A stretch of DNA of 64,000 bases from the NCBI GenBank assembly GCA_963740355.1, contig CAVUDW010000003.1, positions 1,920,001-1,984,000 of the forward strand, written 5' to 3'. Position numbers and translations under genes: made by a program. Of the stretch, positions 58,456-64,000 are shown piece by piece (position 1 is the stretch's first letter; the number at the start of each line of letters is the position of its first letter). The notes below the pieces were generated by a model, which saw only the letters and a list, made by a program, of their open reading frames with translations, did not search any database and was not told the DNA's origin. The DNA comes from an uncultured Gemmatimonadaceae bacterium. GTDB lineage: Bacteria > Gemmatimonadota > Gemmatimonadetes > Gemmatimonadales > Gemmatimonadaceae.

Positions 58456-59528
58456 ACCGATCCCGCGACGTCTGCAATGCGCGTCACCTGTCCGGTCTCC
58501 ACCGATCGCACGATCGCAACCATCGCCCGCACCGCGGCGATGCCATCCTCGATGCCGGCTCCGCCAGTGGACGTCACATCCCTGCCGGACAGGATGGCTT
58601 CAGCAAACGCCTCCACCTGGCGGCGGTAGACGTGGGCATCGGCGCCGAGTGGCCGCGTATAGGTCGCGTCGGCCTCACGGAAGATCTCGACGTCGGACGA
58701 CTTGAAAAGCCAGGGATTGTAGGTCTTCACGAGCACGCTGCCATGTTCGCCGTAGATCTGCACGCCCTCATGCCAATCCATGCGCACCGAGACCGTCAGG
58801 TCGAGGTGACCGATGGCCCCGTTCGCGAACTCGGTGGTGACGAACCAGCAGAATGCGCCAAAACGTCGTGTGAGCCGAGCATCGACCGACACGATCTCCC
58901 CGCAGAGATATCGCGCCGTATCCACCAGGTGGCTGCCGTGGGCCAGCATGTAGTAGCGCGCCAGGTCGGACTTCTGGTCGGTGGCTGGCTTGCGCGCGCT
59001 GGTGCTCCGCACGATCAGAGGCTGCACGGCATCGGTGACTGCATACCGGTGGGTGGAATCGCAATACCAGCCCTTGTAGGCGAGCATCTCACCCATCTCG
59101 CGCCTCACGAAGCTATGCGCGGCCTGCAGGCCGGGGTCAAATCGCTTCATGTGCCCGACCATGACCTGGACGCCGGCAGTGCGCGCCTCGTCTCGCAGCG
59201 CCTCGACCTCCTCGACCGTCACGCCGAGCGGCTTTTCGCAGAGCACATGCTTGCCTGCACGCACCGCCTGTATCGCGGCCGGAACGTGGAAGGAATCCGA
59301 TGTGGCTATGATGATCGCATGTACGTCGGGATCCGCCAGCATCTCGTCGAAGCTGGTGTAGGTCTTCGTCGCATTGTGGGTCACCGCCATGCGCGCGAGC
59401 AGGTCCTCGGCCACATCACAGATCGCGTAGAGCGTGGCGTTGCGGGACTTCGTGCAGCTCTCGAAGTGCGCGGCTTGCGCGATGGGTCCGCAGCCAAGTA
59501 CGCCGATGTTCAGGCGGCGAGCGGTCAT
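58452..59528 (-). CDS. Gfo/Idh/MocA oxidoreductase
   Basis: GVLGCG, HVLCEKP and HGSHLVD. Confidence 0.9.
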   Translation of the reverse strand: MTARRLNIGVLGCGPIAQAAHFESCTKSRNATLYAICDVAEDLLARMAVTHNATKTYTSFDEMLADPDVHAIIIATSDSFHVPAAIQAVRAGKHVLCEKPLGVTVEEVEALRDEARTAGVQVMVGHMKRFDPGLQAAHSFVRREMGEMLAYKGWYCDSTHRYAVTDAVQPLIVRSTSARKPATDQKSDLARYYMLAHGSHLVDTARYLCGEIVSVDARLTRRFGAFCWFVTTEFANGAIGHLDLTVSVRMDWHEGVQIYGEHGSVLVKTYNPWLFKSSDVEIFREADATYTRPLGADAHVYRRQVEAFAEAILSGRDVTSTGGAGIEDGIAAVRAMVAIVRSVETGQVTRIADVAGSV

Positions 59529-59646
59529 GATGCGCTCCTGCGCAACGTGTCCAACTGAAGCATGGAGTGCTCGTGGTTGCGATGCTGCACCATCACGGGA
59601 CCGCTCGCGTCATTCGGGAAGCGGCTTTTTGGAAGATACACCCTGA

Positions 59647-61176
59647 TCAGCGCGCAATCGCAACGCGTGCCTGCTGGCCACGTGCCACTCGAACCTGCAC
59701 GACGCTGATCTCGCGGCCGAGGGTGAGCCGCTGACGAGTCGCCCTGGTCGAAACGCCGTTCACGAACAACGTCTCGTGACGCCCCTCGATCGCTGCGTCC
59801 CACACGAGCGCAGGGCCTCGATTGTTGGTCAGCACACTGGCACGCCGACCTTCGTGTCGGAGCGTGATGTCATTGTCGCGCACCGGTAAATGCGCGAGCT
59901 CGGCCCATTGCGTCGCGTTCGTCAACTGTGACAGGGTGAACAGTGGCGAGAGGCGCGCACCCGCCAGCCGCACACGCTCGCGTCCCACTGCGACAGGATC
60001 GACGCTCACGCCCATCGTACCGGTCACCATCGCGCCGACGACCGAAAAGCTGACTTCTGGATACTCGCGACGCGCACGGTCTGCACGTGAGAGGTCGAGG
60101 ATCTGGTCGTACGCCACGTCAGCCGCGCCGTAGCGATAGAGCACTTCAGGATGATGCGACTGCTCTTCGATCTGCGACGAACGGGTGCGCCCAATCTGCT
60201 GCACGAGTGCCTGCACCGTGGCACGGGCGTGCGGCCCGTCCGAGGCCACAGGCCAATAGAGGGCGGCCGAGTTCCAGGCGTCTGCACGTCGATGCTGGAG
60301 CGTGTGCGTGTTGGACAGATAGTCATGAAACGACTGCGCCCGATCATCCCACCACAGCCCGTTGACGAGCGTCTTCACGTCGTTGGCCTTCCGCAGCCAG
60401 GGGCGCGCCGCCGTCGGGTTGCCTCGTGCGTCGAGCAAGCGGGCGTATGCCGAGTAGCCCGCGTACTGCGCCGCCAGCAGGTCGAGGCCCACGGTGAAGT
60501 CCTCGGAATCCTCGTTGTATCCGGGGATGCCACGCGCTGCCGCAAAGCGAGCCGCAGGATCAGCAGGATGTTCGCGATTCATGATACGCTCGCGAGACAT
60601 GATCACGCCCGTGCCGAGGGCCCATCGCTCGACGTAGTCGGTGACTGAGTGACGATAGAACGACAGGAACGTGGTGTCGCGCAGGTATGAGGTATCGCCC
60701 GACCAGGTGTACATGCGCCACGCCGCGTCGAGGACGTCAAAGTTGGCGGGCAGGTTGTACCAGAAGTCGCGGTCGTTGCGGTAGTCGACCTGAGCGGGCT
60801 GGTTGTGACGAGTGATCTCCCAGTAACTCGCCCAATCACGCCGCTCGCTGATCTGCTCCGCGAAGCGGTGCAACATGTTCTGCACGTGGCGCTGCATGCC
60901 AAGCGCGTGCGCGCCGACGGCCTGATGTGCGACATCCCGCATGCAAAACGCCTCGCGTCCTGGCAGCGACGCTTCGAACCATGGCCCGACTGGATCGGTA
61001 TCCGCAGCATACGCGGAGGCCTGCGCCTTGGCCCACGTGAACGCATCAACGAGGTGCGCGTCGCTGCTGGTGAGCGTGAGCGGCGAGACGAAGTGTGCCG
61101 GTTGAGCAGCGACAGGCCGAACCAGCGCGAGCGCCAGCAGCGGCATCGCGCGCAGCAGGAGAAGCAGTCGTTTCAC
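59647..61176 (-). CDS. Secreted six-hairpin glycosidase-like protein
   Basis: Signal peptide, EAFCMRD, WYNLPANFD and YPEVS. Family not determined. Confidence 0.6.
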   Translation of the reverse strand: MKRLLLLLRAMPLLALALVRPVAAQPAHFVSPLTLTSSDAHLVDAFTWAKAQASAYAADTDPVGPWFEASLPGREAFCMRDVAHQAVGAHALGMQRHVQNMLHRFAEQISERRDWASYWEITRHNQPAQVDYRNDRDFWYNLPANFDVLDAAWRMYTWSGDTSYLRDTTFLSFYRHSVTDYVERWALGTGVIMSRERIMNREHPADPAARFAAARGIPGYNEDSEDFTVGLDLLAAQYAGYSAYARLLDARGNPTAARPWLRKANDVKTLVNGLWWDDRAQSFHDYLSNTHTLQHRRADAWNSAALYWPVASDGPHARATVQALVQQIGRTRSSQIEEQSHHPEVLYRYGAADVAYDQILDLSRADRARREYPEVSFSVVGAMVTGTMGVSVDPVAVGRERVRLAGARLSPLFTLSQLTNATQWAELAHLPVRDNDITLRHEGRRASVLTNNRGPALVWDAAIEGRHETLFVNGVSTRATRQRLTLGREISVVQVRVARGQQARVAIAR

Positions 61177-61314
61177 AGGAGGCCACGGCACAGGGCGTTG
61201 ATCGAGTTCACTGTGCCGCGAAGATCGCGCAACGGCACGCCGTTCGCCACAGGATGCTCTATTCCTCCCACACCTCACCGCCACCTGCAGGCGAGAGGTG
61301 CGCAGCCCGGCCAG

Positions 61315-62490
61315 CTAGGCGGACATCTCGCTCAACTCGCGCAGGAGCAGGCGGGTCACCTGCCGTGCCACCGCATCCGCGGAATCGCGAGTGCCTTGCT
61401 GTACGGCCGTGGACGCAAGCGCCGCGCGGGCCACGGTGGCCGCATGCTCCTCGATGGCGGGGATACGGGCACCGATTCGGCGTCGCTGCATCGCCGTCGC
61501 AAACCGCGCCAACTCGTGCTGGAGCGCGACGGTCGCACGACGATCGCGCACCGCATCGTGCACCGACCGTGGTGCCAGCGCATCGAGGCCGACCCACTCC
61601 ACACTCACGGGCAGCTGCCGTGCATCGACATTCGCCGGCACGCCGAGGTCGAGCCACAACTTCTCGTGCGCTGCGTCATCGCCGATGCGTGCGGCGAGGC
61701 CAGCATCGATGAGCGGGGTGCTGGTCTGCGCCGCAAAGATCGCCACATCGGCGGTGCGCAATCCATCGTCACGCTTTTCCCATGGCGTCGATCGAATGGC
61801 GAAGGACTGCGCCAGTCGAGCGCCACGCACATTCGAGCGCGACGTCACGCGAATCGTCCACTGGCCAGTGGCAAGGATCGAGGGAAGCGCGATCGCCTCC
61901 AGCACGCCTCGCGCCGCATCCCCTGCCCCAACCACCAGGATCTCGAGTGGCGCCATTCGTCCAGCACTGACGAACGACTCGCGTCGCGCAACGATCGCCT
62001 CACGGATCCGCGTCGCCAGTGCAGGATCGGCATCGCTGCCGATCGCGAGGCGAATGTGTCGCGCGGCTTCCATGGCACGGGCGAAGATCGAGTCGAGTTG
62101 TGCATCTGCATCACGCACGGACTGCGCGATACTCCAAGCGGAGCGCACCTGACGCAGAATCTCCGGCTCCCCGAAACGCACCGAGCGCATGCCCGACGCG
62201 ACGGAGAAGAGGTGGCGTACGGCCAGATCCGCCTCGCGACGCTCGATGACCATCGGCCCGCCAGCGCGCGGCACAACCTGCGCCGCAAACCAGGGCGAAA
62301 GGTCCGCATCGCCCCACCAATACAGCTCGGTGCGATGGCAGGTGCTGAGCAGCACGGCATTGGTGCCGGCGTCGCGCAGCTCCTCGAGAAGTTTCTCCAC
62401 CAGGGCCGACGGCAGTCGCATCCGTCCGATCTGGTCAGCTGGGCTCGTCTCGTGCGAGCACCCGATCATCTGCAGCGGCAGCAGGAACAC
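61315..62490 (-). CDS. hemA: Glutamyl-tRNA reductase
   Basis: LSTCHRTELY, HLFSVASGMRS, GEPEILRQV, GAGDAA and DLGVPANV. Confidence 0.85.
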   Translation of the reverse strand: MFLLPLQMIGCSHETSPADQIGRMRLPSALVEKLLEELRDAGTNAVLLSTCHRTELYWWGDADLSPWFAAQVVPRAGGPMVIERREADLAVRHLFSVASGMRSVRFGEPEILRQVRSAWSIAQSVRDADAQLDSIFARAMEAARHIRLAIGSDADPALATRIREAIVARRESFVSAGRMAPLEILVVGAGDAARGVLEAIALPSILATGQWTIRVTSRSNVRGARLAQSFAIRSTPWEKRDDGLRTADVAIFAAQTSTPLIDAGLAARIGDDAAHEKLWLDLGVPANVDARQLPVSVEWVGLDALAPRSVHDAVRDRRATVALQHELARFATAMQRRRIGARIPAIEEHAATVARAALASTAVQQGTRDSADAVARQVTRLLLRELSEMSA

Positions 62491-62491
62491 G

Positions 62492-63697
62492 TCAGCCCCT
62501 GGCAGCGGACTCACATCGCGACTGCACGGCATCACTGCGCGCGGTGGCGATACGACTGGGTACGCCGCGGCACTGCGCATTCACGCACCCCGGGCACTTC
62601 TGACGGTACTGGCCACTGTATGGTCGTTCGGCCGCCATGTGATCGTTGACGATGTCGGCCAGCGCGTCGAGGAAATCCGGGCGTGCATTGAGCGACGGCA
62701 CGCGGCGAAATCCCGTCATGCCAAGGGAATGCGCCAGTTCAGCGTATTCGATGTCGATCTCCGAAAGCGTCTCGATGTGATCGCTTGTGAAGGCGATCGG
62801 CACCACCAACATGTTCTTCTGGCCGCGCTCGGCCAGCTGGCGAATCATCACTTCCGTACTGGGCCCAAGCCACCGCACCGGCCCGACTTCCGACTGGAAG
62901 GACAGCATGTGCGGATTGCGCAGCTTCGTCGCCTCGACGACGCGACTCACCGACGCGGCAATCTCCGATGGATATGCGTCACCACGATCGATGACGGACA
63001 GCGGCAGCGAATGCGCACTGAACATGACAAGCACATCATCACGCTCACTTTCGTCGTACAGGCTCAGGCCGTCTTCCACCGCACTCGCCATCGCCCGCAC
63101 GAACCCCTCGTGCTCGCCCCAGCGGTCGATGATGCTCCACTCGAACGCATCCTCGAGCCCCGTGCGCTGCAGCGAGCGCCAGAGATCATTGAGGCTGGAG
63201 CCGGTCGTGGAGCACGACCATTGCGGATACTGCGTGAAGGCGATCGCACGCGTGACGCCATCCGCCTTCATCGCCGTCACCGCGTCGTCAGCGAACGGCG
63301 GCGCATACCGGAAGGCGACATAGAACCGGTGCGGGGCGGTTGCCGGCGAAAGCTCATCGAGTCGCTCACACATCGCGCGGCCCTGCGCTTCCGTCCAGTC
63401 GAGAATTGGCGATCCACCACCAATCGCGTCGTACAACTTGCGCACCTTTGGCGCGCGGCGCGTTGCGATGAACTTGCCGAGGTGCTTCTGGAACGGCAGT
63501 TGGATGATCTCGCGATCCGCGAAGAGGCGCAGCAGGAACGGCTCGACTTCATCGAGTGTCGCTGGGCCGCCGAGATTCATCATCACGATGCCCGTGCCAC
63601 CTTCCGGCGCATCGTGCTGTGACCGGCCCCGGGGGCGCGGGGGCGCCGCGGAGGTCCCCGTCGGCCGCTGGAAGGGAAGTACGTCGGCTGGCGTCAT
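62492..63697 (-). CDS. hemH: Protoporphyrin ferrochelatase, [2Fe-2S] type
   Basis: MNLGGP, GGGSPI, QYPQWSCSTTGSS, SAHSLP, WLGP, SDHIETL and C-terminal CPGCVNAQC. Confidence 0.95.
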   Translation of the reverse strand: MTPADVLPFQRPTGTSAAPPRPRGRSQHDAPEGGTGIVMMNLGGPATLDEVEPFLLRLFADREIIQLPFQKHLGKFIATRRAPKVRKLYDAIGGGSPILDWTEAQGRAMCERLDELSPATAPHRFYVAFRYAPPFADDAVTAMKADGVTRAIAFTQYPQWSCSTTGSSLNDLWRSLQRTGLEDAFEWSIIDRWGEHEGFVRAMASAVEDGLSLYDESERDDVLVMFSAHSLPLSVIDRGDAYPSEIAASVSRVVEATKLRNPHMLSFQSEVGPVRWLGPSTEVMIRQLAERGQKNMLVVPIAFTSDHIETLSEIDIEYAELAHSLGMTGFRRVPSLNARPDFLDALADIVNDHMAAERPYSGQYRQKCPGCVNAQCRGVPSRIATARSDAVQSRCESAARG

Positions 63698-64000
63698 GTC
63701 TCAAACATCGACAGAACCAGCGGGCGTCAACATCCGGAGAAGTACGGAAGCCGGATCGGTCCGATGGTTCAACGCAGCCGGGGCACAGCGGGATGGAACG
63801 CAAAGCGCGCGGCTCCGCGCACTACGGCGATGATTGCTACGCGGCCAATGACCTGCCGCCGTGCGCTGCGCCGGTCGGCACCCGCCTCTTCAGGCCACGG
63901 GCGTGATTGCCCTTTCCGGTCGCAGCACGCGCATCGCATCGAACGGTTCATGTTGTGACGCCGTCTGCAACCGGGTCAGAAAGCGCTGGCCTTCGCTGAT

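Overview
High-GC bacterial chromosomal window with about 56 CDS and no rRNA, tRNA, transposase, integrase or cas gene that I can recognise. Gene content suggests Gemmatimonadota, which is an inference from the TPR Ser/Thr kinases, ECF/YciI modules, Oar-like TonB receptor and Tat-TldD. Recognisable genes are hutD-hutG-hutF, tldD-tldE, a SWIM-SNF2 helicase, a GH13 alpha-amylase, NrtR plus a CE1 esterase, a hybrid PAS histidine kinase and hemH-hemA. Highlights: (1) A candidate AraC-controlled metal/copper or isonitrile regulon at 20.0-28.0 kb. Four promoters share a (C/T)AGCC-N6-TTCAA box lying exactly 21 nt before a -10-like hexamer. They precede a 22-Cys metallothionein-like protein (followed by AraC and an isonitrile-hydratase-like DJ-1 gene), a flavin monooxygenase, a YtkA-like lipoprotein with a MauG/MbnH-type diheme enzyme and a Cys-tailed GNAT, and an outer-membrane barrel with a hydrolase. 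(2) A stand-alone protein carrying the catalytic motifs of anthrax edema factor/ExoY class II nucleotidyl cyclases, next to an EAL phosphodiesterase. (3) A HEPN-motif (RNDAAH) protein, probably starting at CTG. (4) A hairpin repeat array with CRISPR-like spacing but duplicated spacers, downstream of tldE. (5) A ferrochelatase of the animal/mitochondrial [2Fe-2S] type. Several operator and promoter motifs (NemR-type, ECF42, NrtR) are readable directly. All family assignments come from motif recognition, not database searches.
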